The position numbers and the translations under genes were made by a program. From assembly GCA_963665325.3 (NCBI GenBank), contig OZ224045.1, forward strand, positions 96,001-160,000: a stretch of 64,000 nucleotides of DNA, in the 5' to 3' direction. Position 1 is the first letter of the stretch; each line of letters begins with the position of its first letter. Source of the DNA: Alphaproteobacteria bacterium (GTDB lineage: Bacteria; Pseudomonadota; Alphaproteobacteria; Bin95). Under the pieces are notes generated by a model that did not search any database, was not told the DNA's origin, and saw only the letters and a program-made list of their open reading frames with translations. Positions 19,788-33,807 of this stretch are shown here, in pieces.

Positions 19788-20958
19788 GGCCCAGATCCGG
19801 AACTACACATTGAATTTCGGCCCCCAGCACCCGGCCGCTCATGGTGTATTGCGGATGGTCATGGAATTGGACGGTGAGGTTGTGGACCGCATCGACCCCC
19901 ATATCGGCCTCCTGCACCGCGGAACCGAGAAACTCATCGAGCATAAGACCTATCTCCAAGCGGTACCTTATTTCGATCGACTCGACTATGTCGCCCCGAT
20001 GAATCAGGAACACGCCTTTGCGCTTGCAACCGAGAGGCTGCTTGGCATCGACGTGCCGGAGCGCGGTCAGTATATCCGCGTCTTGTTCTCCGAGATTTCG
20101 CGTATCCTGAACCATCTGTTGAACCTGACGGCTTTTGCTTTGGATGTCGGCGCCATGACGCCCATGCTTTGGGGTTTCGAGCAGCGCGAATTGTTGTTGG
20201 AGTTCTATGAACGCGCGAGCGGCGCCCGCTTTCACGCCGCCTATTTCCGACCCGGTGGTGTCCATCAGGACCTCCCGGAAGGGATGCTCGACGACATTGC
20301 CGAATGGTCCGCGGCATTTCCCAAGTTCGTTACCGATATGGAAGCGCTGCTAAACGAGAACCGTATCTTCAAGCAGCGCACCGTCGATATCGGACGCGTA
20401 TCGGCGGAGGATGCGTTGGACTGGGGATTTTCGGGGCCGATGCTGCGGGCGTCGGGCGTTCCTTGGGACTTGCGCAAGGCTCAGCCCTACGATGTGTATG
20501 ACCGGATCGATTTTGATATTCCGGTGGGCAAGAACGGTGACTGCTACGACCGCTATCTGGTCCGCGTCGAAGAGATGCGCCAGTCGCTCCGCATCATTGA
20601 CCAATGCGTGCGGGAGATGCCGGATGGCCCGGTCGTCACCGAGAGCAACAAGGTGGCCCCACCCAAGCGTGGCGAGATGAAGCAGTCGATGGAGGCGCTG
20701 ATCCATCATTTCAAACTCTACACCGAGGGTTATCGGGTGCCGCCCGGGGAAACCTACACGGCAGTGGAGGCACCGAAGGGCGAGTTCGGCGTCTATCTGG
20801 TCTCGGACGGCACCAACAAACCATACCGTTGCAAGATTCGGGCTCCCGGTTTCGCGCATCTGGCTGCCATGGACTTCCTGTCGCGCGGCCATATGCTTGC
20901 CGACAGCGTTGCGATTCTGGGCGCCATGGACATCGTGTTCGGAGAGGTCGATCGATGA
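19780..20958 (+). CDS. nuoD: NADH-quinone oxidoreductase subunit D
   Basis: [30 protein letters not shown]; ATG at 19780. Confidence 0.98.
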   Translation: MAEAQIRNYTLNFGPQHPAAHGVLRMVMELDGEVVDRIDPHIGLLHRGTEKLIEHKTYLQAVPYFDRLDYVAPMNQEHAFALATERLLGIDVPERGQYIRVLFSEISRILNHLLNLTAFALDVGAMTPMLWGFEQRELLLEFYERASGARFHAAYFRPGGVHQDLPEGMLDDIAEWSAAFPKFVTDMEALLNENRIFKQRTVDIGRVSAEDALDWGFSGPMLRASGVPWDLRKAQPYDVYDRIDFDIPVGKNGDCYDRYLVRVEEMRQSLRIIDQCVREMPDGPVVTESNKVAPPKRGEMKQSMEALIHHFKLYTEGYRVPPGETYTAVEAPKGEFGVYLVSDGTNKPYRCKIRAPGFAHLAAMDFLSRGHMLADSVAILGAMDIVFGEVDR

Positions 20959-21554
20959 GCGGGGGTGCAGAAACAGCCGAGAACTTCGCCTTTACGGCCG
21001 ACCATCTAGAGACTGCGAAGGCCGTGGTCGCAAAATATCCCGAAGGTCGGCAACAAAGCGCTGTAATGCCGTTGCTGGACCTGGCTCAGCGACAACTCGG
21101 GTGGACATCCCCCGCCGTGATCGAATACGTAGCCGACTTCCTAGGTCTGCCTGCGATCCGCGTGTGGGAGGTCGCCAGCTTCTACACGATGTACTACCGC
21201 GAGCGGGTGGGGCAATACCGCCTGCATGTCTGCACGACGACACCGTGCTGGCTGCGCGGGTCCGATGAAGTCGTTCGGGTCTGCAAGGAAAAGACAGGGC
21301 TCGAATTTGGAGAGACCGACAAGAGGAGGCTTTTCACGCTGCTGGAAGTCGAATGCCTCGGAGCGTGCGTCAATGCGCCAATCCTCCAAGTCAATGATGA
21401 CTACTACGAAGACCTTGACGCTGCCCGGACGGCATCGCTGCTCGAAGCCTTGGCCGAAGGCCGACCGCCGGCCGCCGGAACTCTGAGGGAGCGGCTGAAT
21501 TCCGCGCCGGAAGGCGGCAAGACGACGCTGCTGGAGGCTGACGCCCGATGCTGA
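20955..21554 (+). CDS. nuoE: NADH-quinone oxidoreductase subunit E
   Basis: [27 protein letters not shown]; ATG at 20955. Confidence 0.97.
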   Translation: MSGGAETAENFAFTADHLETAKAVVAKYPEGRQQSAVMPLLDLAQRQLGWTSPAVIEYVADFLGLPAIRVWEVASFYTMYYRERVGQYRLHVCTTTPCWLRGSDEVVRVCKEKTGLEFGETDKRRLFTLLEVECLGACVNAPILQVNDDYYEDLDAARTASLLEALAEGRPPAAGTLRERLNSAPEGGKTTLLEADARC

Positions 21555-22831
21555 GCGACCGGGATCGTATTTTCACAAATCTTTACGGCGAACTTGACTG
21601 GACGTTGAAGGGCGCCCGCGCCCGCGGCGACTGGGACGGCACGGCCGATCTGATTGCCAAAGGACGCGACTGGCTGGTCGAAGAGGTCAAGGCATCGGGA
21701 TTGCGCGGGCGTGGCGGCGCGGGATTTCCCACTGGCCTCAAATGGTCCTTCATGCCGAAGCAAAGCGATGGACGCCCCGCCTATCTGGTGGTCAACGCCG
21801 ACGAGGGAGAGCCCGGCACGTGCAAGGACCGCGACATGATGCGCTGGGACCCGCACAAGCTGGTCGAGGGCTGCCTTATCGCTTGCGCGGCGATGGGAGC
21901 TGGCGCCGCATACATCTATGTGCGCGGCGAGTTCTACAACGAGGCGCGACACCTGCAGTACGCCATCGACGAGGCTTACGAGGCAGGCCTTATCGGCCGT
22001 AATGCCTGCGGTTCAGGCATCGATTGTGACATTTTCGTGCATCGAGGCGCCGGCGCCTATATCTGCGGCGAGGAGACTGCCCTCATCGAGAGTCTGGAGG
22101 GCAAGAAGGGACAGCCGCGACTGAAACCCCCATTCCCGGCCATGGCAGGGCTCTACGGCTGTCCGACGACCGTGAACAATGTTGAGACCATCGCCGTGGT
22201 GCCAACGGTCCTGCGCAGAGGCGCGTCGTGGTTCTCCGGCTTCGGGCGCAGCAACAACACCGGCACCAAGGTGTTCTGCATTTCGGGTCATGTAGACCGC
22301 CCTTGCAATGTCGAGGAGGCGATGAGTATCCCGATGAGGGAGCTTATCGAGAAGCATGCCGGCGGTGTGCGGGGCGGCTGGGACAATCTGAAAGCCGTCA
22401 TTCCCGGAGGTTCTTCAACGCCGATCCTGCCGAAAAGCATCTGCGACGAGGTGCTGATGGATTTCGATGCGCTTCGCGACGTACAGAGCGGGCTCGGTAC
22501 AGCTGCCGTGATCGTGATGGACCGTTCCACGGACGTCGTGCGCGCGATTGCGAGGCTTGCACGCTTCTACGCTCACGAAAGTTGCGGGCAGTGCACGCCT
22601 TGCCGCGAGGGAACCGGCTGGATGATGCGCGTAATGGAGCGGATGGCGTCAGGCCGTGCCCGTGTCGAGGAGATCGACATGCTGCTTGATGTATCCAAGG
22701 AAATCGAAGGGCATACGATCTGCGCGCATGGCGACGGTTCCGCGTGGCCGATCCAGGGGCTGATCCGCCATTTCAGGCACGAAATGGAGGACCGTATCCT
22801 TACTCACCGTATCCGGGCCGCGGCGGCCTGA
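21548..22831 (+). CDS. nuoF: NADH-quinone oxidoreductase subunit F
   Basis: [39 protein letters not shown]. Confidence 0.98.
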   Translation: MLSDRDRIFTNLYGELDWTLKGARARGDWDGTADLIAKGRDWLVEEVKASGLRGRGGAGFPTGLKWSFMPKQSDGRPAYLVVNADEGEPGTCKDRDMMRWDPHKLVEGCLIACAAMGAGAAYIYVRGEFYNEARHLQYAIDEAYEAGLIGRNACGSGIDCDIFVHRGAGAYICGEETALIESLEGKKGQPRLKPPFPAMAGLYGCPTTVNNVETIAVVPTVLRRGASWFSGFGRSNNTGTKVFCISGHVDRPCNVEEAMSIPMRELIEKHAGGVRGGWDNLKAVIPGGSSTPILPKSICDEVLMDFDALRDVQSGLGTAAVIVMDRSTDVVRAIARLARFYAHESCGQCTPCREGTGWMMRVMERMASGRARVEEIDMLLDVSKEIEGHTICAHGDGSAWPIQGLIRHFRHEMEDRILTHRIRAAAA

Positions 22832-22851
22832 TTCGGGAGAGGGGGGAGCCG

Positions 22852-24891
22852 ATGCCGAAGCTTACCGTCGACGGAATAGAGGTCGAGGTCGCGCCCGGTA
22901 GCACCGTCCTTCAGGCGATAGAGGCCGCTGGTAAGGAGGTGCCGCGGTTCTGCTATCACGAACGTCTTTCGATTGCGGGCAATTGCCGTATGTGCCTCGT
23001 CGAAATCCGTCCAGGACCGCCGAAACCGGCCGCCTCATGCGCTATGCCCGCCGGCGACAATATGGAAGTGCTGACCGCCAGCCCGATGACGCAGAAGGCA
23101 CGCAAGGGTGTGATGGAGTTCCTGCTCATCAACCACCCGCTCGATTGCCCGATCTGTGACCAGGGTGGCGAGTGCGACCTACAGGACCAGGCCTTGTTCT
23201 ACGGCGCGGACACGAGCCGCTTCGAGGAAAACAAGCGCGCGGTGCCGGACAAGGACATGGGACCGCTCATCAAGACGACAATGACGCGGTGTATCCATTG
23301 TACCCGGTGCATTCGGTTCGCTGAGGAAGTCGCGGGCGTGTCGACGATCGGTGCGATCGGGCGCAGCGAGCAGTTGGAAATCACCACGCTCGAACACGCC
23401 GTGGCAAGTGAGCTTTCCGGAAATGTCATCGATCTCTGCCCGGTTGGTGCGCTTACCTCGAAGCCTTATGCCTTCAATGCGCGCCCATGGGAGTTGCGCA
23501 AGACGGAAGGCATCGACGTGTTCGATGCGCTTGGCGCGAATATCCGAATCGATTCGCGCGGCCCGGAAGTGCTGCGCGTTTTGCCGCGCCTGAACGAAGA
23601 GGTGAACGAGGAGTGGCTCGGCGACAAGTCTCGCTTCGCGCATGACGGCCTCCGCCGCCAACGTCTGGACCGGCCTTATGTGCGTCGGGAGGGCCGGCTG
23701 CACCCGGTCAGTTGGGGCGAGGCCTTTGCAGCTATCCAGGCAAGGCTCAGGGGTCGTTCCGGCATGAATATCGGCGCAATCGCCGGCGATCAGGCCGATG
23801 CTGAGGCAATGCTGGCGCTCAAGGATCTGATGAAGGCCCTTGGTTCGCCGAATCTGGATTGCAGGCAGGACGGGGCGGCTGCGATTCCCGGCCAACGAGC
23901 CAGTTATCTGTTCAACTCCACCGTCCAGGGCATCGAAGAGGCAGACGCGCTGCTGTTGATCGGTTGCAATCCGCGTTGGGAGGCCCCGGTGCTCAACGCG
24001 CGGATCCGCAAACAATGGCTTGCCGGCGGCATGCAGATCGGCATGATCGGCGAGCGGCAGGATCTCGGCTATCGCTACGACCATCTGGGCGAAGGCGGGA
24101 AGGCTTTGCGGGGCGTGGCTGCCGGAAGAAACCGTTTCTGCGCCGTGCTGAAGAATGCATCGCGTCCGATGCTGATCCTCGGCACCGGCGCTCTCTCGCG
24201 ACCGGACGGCGCGGCGGTGCTGGCTGCAACCCAGCGCATAGCTGAACTGAACGGCCTAATCCGCGAGGATTGGAACGGCTTCAACGTGTTGAATCGGGCG
24301 GCGTCGCGGGTTGGGGGCCTGGACCTCGGATTCGTGCCCGGCGAGGGCGGAACGGATACCGCAGGCATGTTGTCCGGCGCCGTCGATACGCTTTTTTTGC
24401 TCGGCGCCGATGAGATAGAACTGTCCGGCCTCGGCGATGCATTCGTCATCTATCAGGGGCACCATGGCGACGCAGGTGCTGCGCGGGCCGACGTCATCCT
24501 GCCGGGCGCGGCCTATACCGAGAAATCGGGCACCTGGGTCAACCTGGAAGGACGCGTGCAGCGCAGCGAACGGGCGACCTTTCCGCCGGGGGAGGCGAGG
24601 GAGGACTGGGCGATCCTGCGCGCCCTATCGGATGTGCTGGAGAAGCCGTTGGCATACGATTCGCTGCCGGCATTGCGCGCCCGCCTGGGCTGGACGAATC
24701 CCGTATTCGATACGCAGGACGATGTCGCGCCGGCGCAATGGCACCGCACCGCTCCGACCGGCCGGATAGACGATGCGCCATTCACCAGCCCGATTTCCAA
24801 CTACTACATGACCGACCCGATTTCGCGCGCCTCCGAAACGATGGCGGTTTGCACGGAAACTTTTCTCGCAGCGGAAGCCCGCAATGGTTAG
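22852..24891 (+). CDS. nuoG: NADH-quinone oxidoreductase subunit G
   Basis: [33 protein letters not shown]; ATG at 22852. Confidence 0.98.
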   Translation: MPKLTVDGIEVEVAPGSTVLQAIEAAGKEVPRFCYHERLSIAGNCRMCLVEIRPGPPKPAASCAMPAGDNMEVLTASPMTQKARKGVMEFLLINHPLDCPICDQGGECDLQDQALFYGADTSRFEENKRAVPDKDMGPLIKTTMTRCIHCTRCIRFAEEVAGVSTIGAIGRSEQLEITTLEHAVASELSGNVIDLCPVGALTSKPYAFNARPWELRKTEGIDVFDALGANIRIDSRGPEVLRVLPRLNEEVNEEWLGDKSRFAHDGLRRQRLDRPYVRREGRLHPVSWGEAFAAIQARLRGRSGMNIGAIAGDQADAEAMLALKDLMKALGSPNLDCRQDGAAAIPGQRASYLFNSTVQGIEEADALLLIGCNPRWEAPVLNARIRKQWLAGGMQIGMIGERQDLGYRYDHLGEGGKALRGVAAGRNRFCAVLKNASRPMLILGTGALSRPDGAAVLAATQRIAELNGLIREDWNGFNVLNRAASRVGGLDLGFVPGEGGTDTAGMLSGAVDTLFLLGADEIELSGLGDAFVIYQGHHGDAGAARADVILPGAAYTEKSGTWVNLEGRVQRSERATFPPGEAREDWAILRALSDVLEKPLAYDSLPALRARLGWTNPVFDTQDDVAPAQWHRTAPTGRIDDAPFTSPISNYYMTDPISRASETMAVCTETFLAAEARNG

Positions 24892-25927
24892 CTTCTGGAG
24901 CGCCTACGTCTGGCCGGCGGCTGCGATCGTCGGCTACATCCTGCTCATCGTTCTGCCGCTGCTTGGCTGCATTGCCTATCTCATTCTAGCCGAGCGTAAG
25001 GTCATTGCATCCATGCAGATGCGCAAGGGACCGAATGTGGTCGGGCCCTTCGGTTTGCTCCAGCCGGTGGCCGACGGCCTGAAGCTGTTGACCAAGGAAA
25101 CGATTATTCCCGCCGGCGCCAATCGCGTCGTCTTCATGCTGGCGCCGATGCTGACCTTCGTGCTGGCGCTCGTCGCCTGGGCCGTGATTCCCTTCGACCT
25201 TGGCTGGGTATTGGCGGACATCAATGTTGGGGTGCTCTACCTCTTCGCCATCTCGTCCCTCGGCGTCTATGGCATCCTGATGGCGGGGTGGGCCAGCAAC
25301 TCGCGGTATGCGTTTCTCGGCGCATTGCGGTCCGCAGCGCAGATGGTCTCCTATGAAGTCTCGATCGGCTTCGTCATCGTGACGGTGCTGCTGTGCACCG
25401 GCTCCCTGAACCTTTCGGTCATCGTCCAGGCGCAGCAGGGGCCTGCCGGGCTGTTTTCCTGGTTCTGGTTGCCGCTGCTGCCCATGTTTGTCGTGTTCTT
25501 CGTGTCTGCGCTGGCCGAAACCAATCGCGCGCCCTTCGACCTGCCGGAGGCCGAGGCCGAACTTGTTGCCGGCTACAATGTCGAATATTCGGCAATGACG
25601 TTCGCTCTCTTCTTTCTGGGCGAGTATGCGAATATGATCCTGATGAGCGCCATGACTGTTGTGCTCTTTTTGGGGGGCTGGCTTTCGCCGGTCCCGTACG
25701 AGCCGTTTACATGGATTCCTGGCATTATCTGGTTCGCGTTGAAGACGGCCTTGGTCCTGTTCGCCTTTCTCTGGGTAAGGGCGACTTTCCCGCGTTACCG
25801 CTACGACCAGTTGATGCGACTCGGTTGGAAGGTGTTTCTACCGCTGTCCCTTCTCTGGGTGGTCGTAACGGCCGGTGTGCTGGTGGCATTCGATTGGGTG
25901 CCTGAGCCGGTCGCGGCGCAGTCGTGA
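24884..25927 (+). CDS. nuoH: NADH-quinone oxidoreductase subunit H
   Basis: [32 protein letters not shown]. Confidence 0.98.
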   Translation: MVSFWSAYVWPAAAIVGYILLIVLPLLGCIAYLILAERKVIASMQMRKGPNVVGPFGLLQPVADGLKLLTKETIIPAGANRVVFMLAPMLTFVLALVAWAVIPFDLGWVLADINVGVLYLFAISSLGVYGILMAGWASNSRYAFLGALRSAAQMVSYEVSIGFVIVTVLLCTGSLNLSVIVQAQQGPAGLFSWFWLPLLPMFVVFFVSALAETNRAPFDLPEAEAELVAGYNVEYSAMTFALFFLGEYANMILMSAMTVVLFLGGWLSPVPYEPFTWIPGIIWFALKTALVLFAFLWVRATFPRYRYDQLMRLGWKVFLPLSLLWVVVTAGVLVAFDWVPEPVAAQS

Positions 25928-25947
25928 ACGACAGGGAGTATTGAGCG

Positions 25948-26436
25948 ATGGCAGCTTTCGACCGCAGCATGCGCAGCTTCCTGCTGGCAGAACTGGTCTC
26001 CGGCATGTGGCTCACCTTGAAATACATGTTCAAGCCCAAAGTGACGCTGAACTATCCTTATGAAAAGGGTCCTCTAAGCCCGCGCTTTCGAGGCGAACAC
26101 GCGCTGCGCCGGTATCCGAACGGCGAGGAGCGCTGCATTGCCTGCAAGCTGTGCGAGGCCATCTGTCCGGCCCAGGCAATCACCATTGAAGCGGAGCCGC
26201 GCGAAGACGGCAGTCGGCGAACCACGCGCTACGATATTGACATGACGAAGTGCATCTATTGCGGCTTTTGTCAGGAGGCCTGTCCCGTCGATGCCATTGT
26301 CGAGGGCCCGAATTTCGAATTCGCGACCGAGACGCGCGAAGAGCTGATGTACAACAAGGAAAAGCTTCTGGCGAACGGCGACCGCTGGGAGGCCTCGCTC
26401 GCAGACAATCTCGCCCTAGACGCGCCTTATCGCTGA
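25948..26436 (+). CDS. nuoI: NADH-quinone oxidoreductase subunit I
   Basis: Two CxxCxxCxxxCP motifs. Confidence 0.98.
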   Translation: MAAFDRSMRSFLLAELVSGMWLTLKYMFKPKVTLNYPYEKGPLSPRFRGEHALRRYPNGEERCIACKLCEAICPAQAITIEAEPREDGSRRTTRYDIDMTKCIYCGFCQEACPVDAIVEGPNFEFATETREELMYNKEKLLANGDRWEASLADNLALDAPYR

Positions 26437-26451
26437 GACAGGGAGGAGGCA

Positions 26452-27060
26452 GTGATCGTTCAAGCCTTGGCGTTCTACGTCTTCGCGGCGGTTGCGACCG
26501 CGGCCGGAGTCATGGTGATCTCCGCCCGCAACCCAGTGCATTCGGTCCTGTTCCTTATTCTGGCCTTCTTCAATGCGGCAGGCTTGTTCGTCCTGTTGGG
26601 TGCAGAGTTCCTAGCGATGCTTCTGGTGGTGGTCTATGTCGGCGCTGTGGCGGTCCTGTTCCTGTTTGTGGTCATGATGCTCGACATCAACTTTGCGGAG
26701 TTGCGCGAGGGGTTCCTGCAATACCTTCCCATCGGTGCGCTGGTCGGGGTCGTCCTGCTCGCCGAACTGGCGCTGGTCGGCGGCAGCTGGGTTCTTTCCG
26801 AGGGTGCCGGGGCGACATCCCTGCCGGTTCCCGATGAAAAAATGACCAACACGCACGCTCTGGGCCACGTCCTGTACACGGACTACATCTATCTCTTCCA
26901 AGCGGCCGGTCTGGTGCTGCTGGTCGCCATGATCGGCGCGATCGTGCTGACGCACCGCAGGCGCACAGGGGTGCAAAGGCAAAGGATCGTCACCCAGATC
27001 AACCGGCGCAGAGAAGACACGATCGAGGTCGTCAAGGTTCCGGCCGGGGAAGGCCGGTGA
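26452..27060 (+). CDS. nuoJ: NADH-quinone oxidoreductase subunit J
   Basis: [24 protein letters not shown]; GTG start with GGAGG. Confidence 0.97.
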   Translation: MIVQALAFYVFAAVATAAGVMVISARNPVHSVLFLILAFFNAAGLFVLLGAEFLAMLLVVVYVGAVAVLFLFVVMMLDINFAELREGFLQYLPIGALVGVVLLAELALVGGSWVLSEGAGATSLPVPDEKMTNTHALGHVLYTDYIYLFQAAGLVLLVAMIGAIVLTHRRRTGVQRQRIVTQINRRREDTIEVVKVPAGEGR

Positions 27061-27371
27061 TGCTGGAAGTCGGCCTTGCGCACTACCTCACGCTCGCAGC
27101 GGTTCTTTTCACACTCGGCATCTTTGGCATTTTTCTCAATCGCAAGAATGTCATCATTATCCTGATGTCGATCGAGCTTATGTTGCTTGCGGTCAATATC
27201 AATCTGGTCGCGTTTTCGCGGTTCCTCGAAGACATGACTGGCCAGGTCTTTGCCATGTTCGTGCTCACGGTCGCGGCGGCCGAGGCCGCAATCGGCCTTG
27301 CGATCCTGGTGGTCTATTTCCGCAATCGCGGATCGATCGCCGTCGAAGACATCAATTTGATGAAGGGCTGA
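27060..27371 (+). CDS. nuoK: NADH-quinone oxidoreductase subunit K
   Basis: [24 protein letters not shown]. Confidence 0.97.
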   Translation: MLEVGLAHYLTLAAVLFTLGIFGIFLNRKNVIIILMSIELMLLAVNINLVAFSRFLEDMTGQVFAMFVLTVAAAEAAIGLAILVVYFRNRGSIAVEDINLMKG

Positions 27372-27391
27372 GGCAAGGCAGGCAAGCGCAC

Positions 27392-29329
27392 ATGTTGCAT
27401 CTGGCCGCAATATTTCTTCCGCTTTTGGCAGCGGTTGTCGTCGGTTTGTTCGGGCGCCTTATGGGGGACCGTCCATCGCAACTGGTGACGTGCCTTGCGG
27501 TGACCGTTGCGGCCGCCTGTTCGGTCGTCATCTTCATCGACATCGCCTATGGCGGTGGCGGTACCGAGACACTGCATGTTCTAGACTGGATCCGGTCGGG
27601 CGGATTCGAGGCGCACTGGACACTTCGCTTCGACACGCTTTCGGCGGTCATGCTGGTGGTTGTCAACGGCGTGGCGGCCTGCGTCCACTGGTATTCGATC
27701 GGCTACATGAGCCACGACCCGCACAAGCCGCGCTTCATGGCCTATTTGAGCCTCTTCACCTTCTCCATGCTGATGCTGGTGACCTCCGACAATCTGATTC
27801 AGCTTTTCTTCGGCTGGGAGGGGGTCGGGCTTTGCTCCTATCTCCTGATCGGTTTCTGGTACGACCGGCCGGCGGCCAATGCGGCGGCCATCAAGGCGTT
27901 CATTGTGAACCGCGTCGGCGACTTCGGGTTTGCGCTCGGTATTTTCGGCATCTGGCTGGTATTCGAAACGGTCCAGTTTTCGTCGATTTTCGTGGCTGCT
28001 CCGGACCATGTCGGCAAGAGCGTCAGTTTCCTCGGCATGGAACTGCCGGCCATCGAACTGCTGTGTTTCCTGCTGTTCATCGGCGCGATGGGCAAATCGG
28101 CGCAAATCGGCCTGCATACCTGGTTGCCCGATGCCATGGAGGGCCCGACGCCTGTTTCCGCGTTGATCCATGCCGCGACCATGGTGACAGCTGGCGTTTT
28201 CATGTGCGCCCGCCTGTCGCCGCTGTTCGAGTTCGCTCCCGACACCCTGACCTTCATTACCTTCATCGGTGCTACGACGGCCTTTTTCGCCGCGACCTGT
28301 GCGTTGACGCAAACGGACATCAAGCGAGTCATCGCGTATTCCACATGCAGTCAACTCGGCTACATGTTTTTCGCGATCGGGGTTTCCGCCTATCCGGCCG
28401 CAATCTTCCACCTTATGACCCATGCCTGCTTCAAGGCGCTGCTGTTCCTCGGTGCCGGCAGCGTTATCCACGCAATGTCGGGAGAACAGGATATGCGCCG
28501 CATGGGAGGCATATGGCGGCAGGTCAAGCAGACCCATGTCCTGATGTGGATCGGCTCGTTCGCCCTTGCCGGGCTGCCTGCCTTCTCAGGTTATTTCTCG
28601 AAAGACTCCATCCTAGAAAGTGCTTGGGGGGCGCATAGCAGCATTGGTGACTACGCCTTTACTTTCGGGGTCCTCGCTGCGGTGATGACCGCTTTCTATT
28701 CCTGGAGACTGCTGTTCATGACCTTCATGGGCGCGCCGCGCGCGGACGAGAAGGTCATGGCGCATGTCCATGAATCGCCGGCCGTCATGCTGATTCCACT
28801 CTATATCCTGGCGGCAGGAGCCGTAGTAACAGGGTTCGTATTCGTGGACGCTTTTGTCGGCGAAGATTGGGACCGTTTCTGGGGCTCATCCATCCTGATT
28901 CTCGAGCAGAACTCAGCAATGACGGAGGGACACCATGCACCTTGGTACATAAAGAAGCTGCCGCTAGCGGCGGCGTTGGTCGGCATTCTGGTTGCCTGGT
29001 ACATGTATATCCAGAAGCCGGACGCGCCCGCCGCTCTCAGAAGACATTTCGAACCGGTGTACCAGCTTTCCTTGAACAAATGGTGGTTTGACGAAATCTA
29101 CGACGTCGTCTTCGTACGACCCGTGAGGTACCTGGCCCGGTTATGCTGGAAGGGTGGAGACGGATTTGTCATAGATGGCTTCGGTCCCGACGGGCTGGCG
29201 GCGGTTACACGTGCGCTGGCTCGTCGCGCCAGTATTTTCCAGTCCGGTTACATTTACCATTACGCGTTTGCGATGATGGTGGGCGTGGTTGCCCTGGTTT
29301 CCTGGTATCTGTTTTCGGTGGGGTTCTAG
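27392..29329 (+). CDS. nuoL: NADH-quinone oxidoreductase subunit L
   Basis: [42 protein letters not shown]. Confidence 0.98.
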   Translation: MLHLAAIFLPLLAAVVVGLFGRLMGDRPSQLVTCLAVTVAAACSVVIFIDIAYGGGGTETLHVLDWIRSGGFEAHWTLRFDTLSAVMLVVVNGVAACVHWYSIGYMSHDPHKPRFMAYLSLFTFSMLMLVTSDNLIQLFFGWEGVGLCSYLLIGFWYDRPAANAAAIKAFIVNRVGDFGFALGIFGIWLVFETVQFSSIFVAAPDHVGKSVSFLGMELPAIELLCFLLFIGAMGKSAQIGLHTWLPDAMEGPTPVSALIHAATMVTAGVFMCARLSPLFEFAPDTLTFITFIGATTAFFAATCALTQTDIKRVIAYSTCSQLGYMFFAIGVSAYPAAIFHLMTHACFKALLFLGAGSVIHAMSGEQDMRRMGGIWRQVKQTHVLMWIGSFALAGLPAFSGYFSKDSILESAWGAHSSIGDYAFTFGVLAAVMTAFYSWRLLFMTFMGAPRADEKVMAHVHESPAVMLIPLYILAAGAVVTGFVFVDAFVGEDWDRFWGSSILILEQNSAMTEGHHAPWYIKKLPLAAALVGILVAWYMYIQKPDAPAALRRHFEPVYQLSLNKWWFDEIYDVVFVRPVRYLARLCWKGGDGFVIDGFGPDGLAAVTRALARRASIFQSGYIYHYAFAMMVGVVALVSWYLFSVGF

Positions 29330-29333
29330 AAGC

Positions 29334-30863
29334 ATGAGTTCGGGGGTCGGCCTGCTTTCGATCGTCACTTTTTTGCCTCTTGTTGGCGTGTTGGCGATCC
29401 TGCTTCTTTGCCGCGGAACTGGTGAAGATGCAATTCGAAATGCCCGCATGGCAGCACTATGGACCACGTTAGCGACTTTCGTCGTGTCGCTCTTTCTCTG
29501 GTTCCGGTTCGATACTGGGACTGCTGACTTCCAATTTGTCGAGCATGTCGAGTGGTTGCCTGAATTCAATATCGCGTACCGCATGGGTATTGACGGGATC
29601 TCCCTGTTCTTCGTTTTACTTTCAACATTTTTGACACCGATATGCATTCTCTCGAGTTGGACCGCAGTCCAGGTTCGGGTGAAAGAATACATGATCGCAT
29701 TTCTTGCTCTTGAAACGCTCATGGTTGGAATGTTTTGTGCCCTAGATCTTGTCGTTTTTTATGTCTTCTTCGAGGGTGTGCTGATCCCGATGTTTCTGAT
29801 CATTGGGGTTTGGGGAGGCGCGCGTCGTATCTATGCGGCGTTTAAGTTCTTCCTCTTCACACTGCTGGGCTCAGTGTTGATGCTTCTTGCCCTCTTGGCT
29901 GTCTATTTGGAAGTCGGTTCTACAAGTATTGTTCAAACATTAGCTTATTCTTTTGCACCGGACCTGCAGATTTGGCTTTGGCTTGCATTTTTCGCCAGTT
30001 TCGCGGTCAAGATACCGATGTGGCCTGTACATACCTGGTTGCCGGACGCACATGTCGAAGCGCCAACAGCCGGTTCCGTGATCTTGGCAGGTGTACTGTT
30101 AAAGATGGGCGGCTACGGGTTCATCCGGTTTTCGCTACCTATGTTTCCGGAAGCTAGTGAGTTCTTCACGCCGCTTGTCTTCGTGCTCAGCTGTGTGGCG
30201 GTGATCTACACCTCGCTCGTGGCGTTGGCCCAGGAGGATATGAAGAAGCTCATCGCCTATTCCTCCGTTGCGCATATGGGCTTCGTGACCATTGGTATCT
30301 TCACAGCTACCAACCAAGGCATAGCTGGCGCTATCTTCCAGATGCTGAGCCACGGCATTGTGTCCGCTGCGCTTTTCCTGTGCGTCGGTGTCGTTTACGA
30401 CAGGCTGCATACCCGCGAAATCGCTCGCTACGGAGGGCTCGTGCATCGTATGCCGGCCTATGCGGCGGTGTTTATGGTGTTCACCCTGGCATCTGTCGGA
30501 CTACCCGGCACCAGCGGGTTCGTGGGCGAGTTCCTGGTGTTATTGGGTGCGTTCGAAGTCAACACCTGGGTCTGCTTCCTTGCCGCGACAGGCGTCATCC
30601 TCGGTGCTGCCTACATGCTGTTTCTCTACCGTCGCGTAATTTTCGGCAAGCTGGAGCGGGCGGAACTTCAGGCGATGCTGGACCTCAATCCGCGTGAGAT
30701 CGCTGTATTCGCTCCGCTCGTGGTACTGGTCCTGTGGATGGGCATCTATCCGTCCTCGTTCCTCGATCCGATACAAATGTCGGTCCAGAACCTGGTGGAC
30801 CAGCACCAGGCAGCGATGCTTGCAATGGACGAAACGACGGCCATTGCGGCCAAAGGGCACTAA
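29334..30863 (+). CDS. nuoM: NADH-quinone oxidoreductase subunit M
   Basis: [26 protein letters not shown]; ATG at 29334. Confidence 0.98.
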   Translation: MSSGVGLLSIVTFLPLVGVLAILLLCRGTGEDAIRNARMAALWTTLATFVVSLFLWFRFDTGTADFQFVEHVEWLPEFNIAYRMGIDGISLFFVLLSTFLTPICILSSWTAVQVRVKEYMIAFLALETLMVGMFCALDLVVFYVFFEGVLIPMFLIIGVWGGARRIYAAFKFFLFTLLGSVLMLLALLAVYLEVGSTSIVQTLAYSFAPDLQIWLWLAFFASFAVKIPMWPVHTWLPDAHVEAPTAGSVILAGVLLKMGGYGFIRFSLPMFPEASEFFTPLVFVLSCVAVIYTSLVALAQEDMKKLIAYSSVAHMGFVTIGIFTATNQGIAGAIFQMLSHGIVSAALFLCVGVVYDRLHTREIARYGGLVHRMPAYAAVFMVFTLASVGLPGTSGFVGEFLVLLGAFEVNTWVCFLAATGVILGAAYMLFLYRRVIFGKLERAELQAMLDLNPREIAVFAPLVVLVLWMGIYPSSFLDPIQMSVQNLVDQHQAAMLAMDETTAIAAKGH

Positions 30864-30866
30864 GCG

Positions 30867-32303
30867 ATGGAGATGACCTATGCCCCCGCTGTGCCGGAAA
30901 TCGTTCTCGCATGCCTCGCCATGGCATTGCTCATGGCCGGTGTCTTCGGGATGGAGCGGAGCCGAACGGTTTCCTGGCTGAGTGTGGTTTCTCTGGCTGT
31001 CACACTCTTGCTTGTGCTGGCCGGCGGAGCGGACCGCGTCGTCGGTTTGGGCGGGCTCTTCGTAACGGGCGCGTTCGCGGTCTACGTGAAGGCCCTGGTA
31101 CTGCTGGGCAGTGCGCTCGCCATTGTCATGTCTCTGACGTTCAACGAACGTGAAGCGCTCGACCGGTTCGAGTTTCCGATTGTGGTCCTGTTCGCCACGC
31201 TCGGAATGCTGATGATGGTATCCGCCAACGACCTGATTGCATTATATTTGGGTTTGGAGCTACAGAGCCTGTCACTCTATGTACTGGCTGCTTTTCGCCG
31301 AGACACCCTGCGTTCGAGCGAAGCCGGCCTGAAATATTTTGTACTTGGCGCACTGTCTTCGGGCATGTTGCTTTACGGTTGCTCGATGATCTACGGCTTC
31401 GTCGGGGCAACAGGCTTCGATGCAATTGCCGCGGCGGTCGGCAATGGGGGCGAGCCCTCTCTCGGTCTTGTGGTCGGATTGGTATTTCTCTTGGCCGGGC
31501 TCTGCTTCAAGGTATCCGCGGCGCCGTTCCACATGTGGACGCCGGATGTTTATGAAGGCGCCCCGACGCCGGTGACGGCGCTCTTTTCGGTAGCCCCGAA
31601 AATCGCAGCTCTGGCCCTGTTCGTCCGTGTGCTGATGGAACCGTTCGGTGATCTGGCCGACAAGTGGCAGCAGATCATCGTCATGGTTGCGATTCTTTCC
31701 ATGGTGATCGGTGCCTTTACGGCGATTGCACAAGAAAACATCAAGCGACTGATGGCGTATTCGTCCATTGGACATATCGGCTATGCTCTTGTGGGTGTTG
31801 CAACGGGCACTGAAGAGGGTGTCCGTGCGGTGCTGATTTATCTTGCCATATATCTTTTCATGAATGTCGGTGTTTTTGCGTGCATACTAGCGATGCGTCA
31901 GAAGGGTAATGCGGTCGAGAACATTTCCGATCTTGCCGGGTTTTCAAAGTCCCGGCCATTGATGGCGGGCATCTTCGCTGCCCTGATGTTCTCAATGGCG
32001 GGTATTCCGCCGCTCGCCGGCTTCTTCGGCAAGTTTTACGTGTTCATGGCGGCGATCAATGCCGGGCTGGTAGCGCTGGCTGTCTTCGGCGTGCTCGCAA
32101 GCGTTGTCGGCTGCTATTACTATCTGCGCATCGTGAAGGTGATGTATTTTGACGAAGCGGGAGAAGATATGGACCGCCCGTTGCCTTCGGAAATCGGAAT
32201 CGTAGCGGGTTTGAGCGCCACGGTGGTCATCTTCTTCGTTGTCGTTCCGTGGACGATTACCGATTTTGCGGGTGTCGCCGCCAGCACACTCTTCGCCGGT
32301 TGA
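30867..32303 (+). CDS. nuoN: NADH-quinone oxidoreductase subunit N
   Basis: [30 protein letters not shown]. Confidence 0.98.
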   Translation: MEMTYAPAVPEIVLACLAMALLMAGVFGMERSRTVSWLSVVSLAVTLLLVLAGGADRVVGLGGLFVTGAFAVYVKALVLLGSALAIVMSLTFNEREALDRFEFPIVVLFATLGMLMMVSANDLIALYLGLELQSLSLYVLAAFRRDTLRSSEAGLKYFVLGALSSGMLLYGCSMIYGFVGATGFDAIAAAVGNGGEPSLGLVVGLVFLLAGLCFKVSAAPFHMWTPDVYEGAPTPVTALFSVAPKIAALALFVRVLMEPFGDLADKWQQIIVMVAILSMVIGAFTAIAQENIKRLMAYSSIGHIGYALVGVATGTEEGVRAVLIYLAIYLFMNVGVFACILAMRQKGNAVENISDLAGFSKSRPLMAGIFAALMFSMAGIPPLAGFFGKFYVFMAAINAGLVALAVFGVLASVVGCYYYLRIVKVMYFDEAGEDMDRPLPSEIGIVAGLSATVVIFFVVVPWTITDFAGVAASTLFAG

Positions 32304-32308
32304 ACTAA

Positions 32309-33031
32309 GTGGTGGGCGCGGCGGACATCGACCTGTTCGCCTACTCGATTCTCGGCAGTACGAACGACGAAGCCAAACGTTTGGCTGGGTCGAAAACGCG
32401 CGGACCGCTCGCAGTCTGGACGGCTGAACAGCCGGGCGGCCGGGGCCGAAGCGGACGCAATTGGACTGGGATCCGCGGCAACCTGATGGTGAGTCTGTTG
32501 CTCCATCCCGACCGGGCGCCTGGCGAAGCCGGTTCCATGGCCCTTGTGGCCGGTCTTGCGGTCGCAGACTGTGCGTGGAGCTGGGGAAAGAACGCACGAA
32601 TCAAATGGCCGAACGATGTTCTGCTGGAAGACGCCAAGCTGGCTGGCGTCCTGGTGGAAGCCGGTTCGAATGGCGGCAAGCTTGACTGGATGATCTTGGG
32701 CATCGGACTCAATGTGGCCGAGGCGCCGGCGCTCGACCGCCCGACCGCGTGCATTGGCGCCGATGTTCCGGTCGAAGCGGCGCTGGAGCAGGTCGTCGAA
32801 GCTGTGTTGCGGCGATACCGGGAGTGGCTGTACGGCGGCTTTAGAGCCGTGCGTGAAGAGTGGCTGGAGCGGGCGGCATGGCTTGGCCGGACCGTTCGGG
32901 TCGGGGAGGGGCAGGGGGCGGTCGAGGGGATCATGCGGACAGTGGATCCGGACGGCTCGCTTGTCGTTTGTGACGCCACTGGAGTAGAACGCCGCCTCGC
33001 CGCCGGGGAAGTTTTCCCGCTGGAGGTCTGA
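32309..33031 (+). CDS. birA: Biotin--[acetyl-CoA-carboxylase] ligase (no N-terminal HTH)
   Basis: [24 protein letters not shown]; conserved position after nuoN. Confidence 0.94.
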   Translation: MVGAADIDLFAYSILGSTNDEAKRLAGSKTRGPLAVWTAEQPGGRGRSGRNWTGIRGNLMVSLLLHPDRAPGEAGSMALVAGLAVADCAWSWGKNARIKWPNDVLLEDAKLAGVLVEAGSNGGKLDWMILGIGLNVAEAPALDRPTACIGADVPVEAALEQVVEAVLRRYREWLYGGFRAVREEWLERAAWLGRTVRVGEGQGAVEGIMRTVDPDGSLVVCDATGVERRLAAGEVFPLEV

Positions 33032-33807
33032 TGCTGCTCGCGATCGACGCCGGCAATACCAATATCGTCTTCGCGGTCTACGACGGCGAGGAGCGCAAAG
33101 GCCTTTGGCGGGCCGGCAACGATCCACACCGAACGGCGGACGAGTACGCTGTTTGGCTGATGCAGTTGATGGAAATCGAAGGCGTCGATCCTCAAGCGGT
33201 AGAGGCCGCCATAGTGGCGACCGTCGTGCCTGCCTCTCTGTTCAATTTGCGTCGCTTGTGCCAGCGCTATTTCGGTGCTGTGCCGCTCATCATCGGCGAT
33301 CCGGAGATCGATCTGGGCATGACCGTGCGGGTGGACAATCCGGCAGAGGTCGGGGCTGACCGGATCGTAAACGCCGTTGCGGCGCACAGCGCCTATTCCG
33401 GCCCGTTGATTGTCATAGATTTCGGCACTGCAACCACATTCGATGTCGTCGATATCCGGGGCGATTACCGCGGTGGCGTGATCGCCCCGGGTGTGAATCT
33501 GTCGATGGAAGCGTTGCACCGGGCCGCCGCCAAACTGCCTCTGATCGCGGTTTGCCGGCCTGAGCGGGTGGTCGGCAGCAACACCGTAGCTGCCATGCAG
33601 TCGGGTATTTTCTGGGGCTATGTCAGTATGATCGAAGGTGTTGTGCAACGGATTGAACGGGAAACCGGCGAGTCGATGACGGTCGTTGCCACAGGCGGGT
33701 TGGCTCCCCTCTTCGCAGGCGCAACGGACGCCATTGGCCATATTGACAGCGATCTGACCCTTCGCGGCCTGCTTGAAGTCCACCGACGGAACGGGAGTGC
33801 CCCGTGA
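33031..33807 (+). CDS. coaX: Type III pantothenate kinase
   Basis: [23 protein letters not shown]. Confidence 0.96.
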   Translation: MLLAIDAGNTNIVFAVYDGEERKGLWRAGNDPHRTADEYAVWLMQLMEIEGVDPQAVEAAIVATVVPASLFNLRRLCQRYFGAVPLIIGDPEIDLGMTVRVDNPAEVGADRIVNAVAAHSAYSGPLIVIDFGTATTFDVVDIRGDYRGGVIAPGVNLSMEALHRAAAKLPLIAVCRPERVVGSNTVAAMQSGIFWGYVSMIEGVVQRIERETGESMTVVATGGLAPLFAGATDAIGHIDSDLTLRGLLEVHRRNGSAP

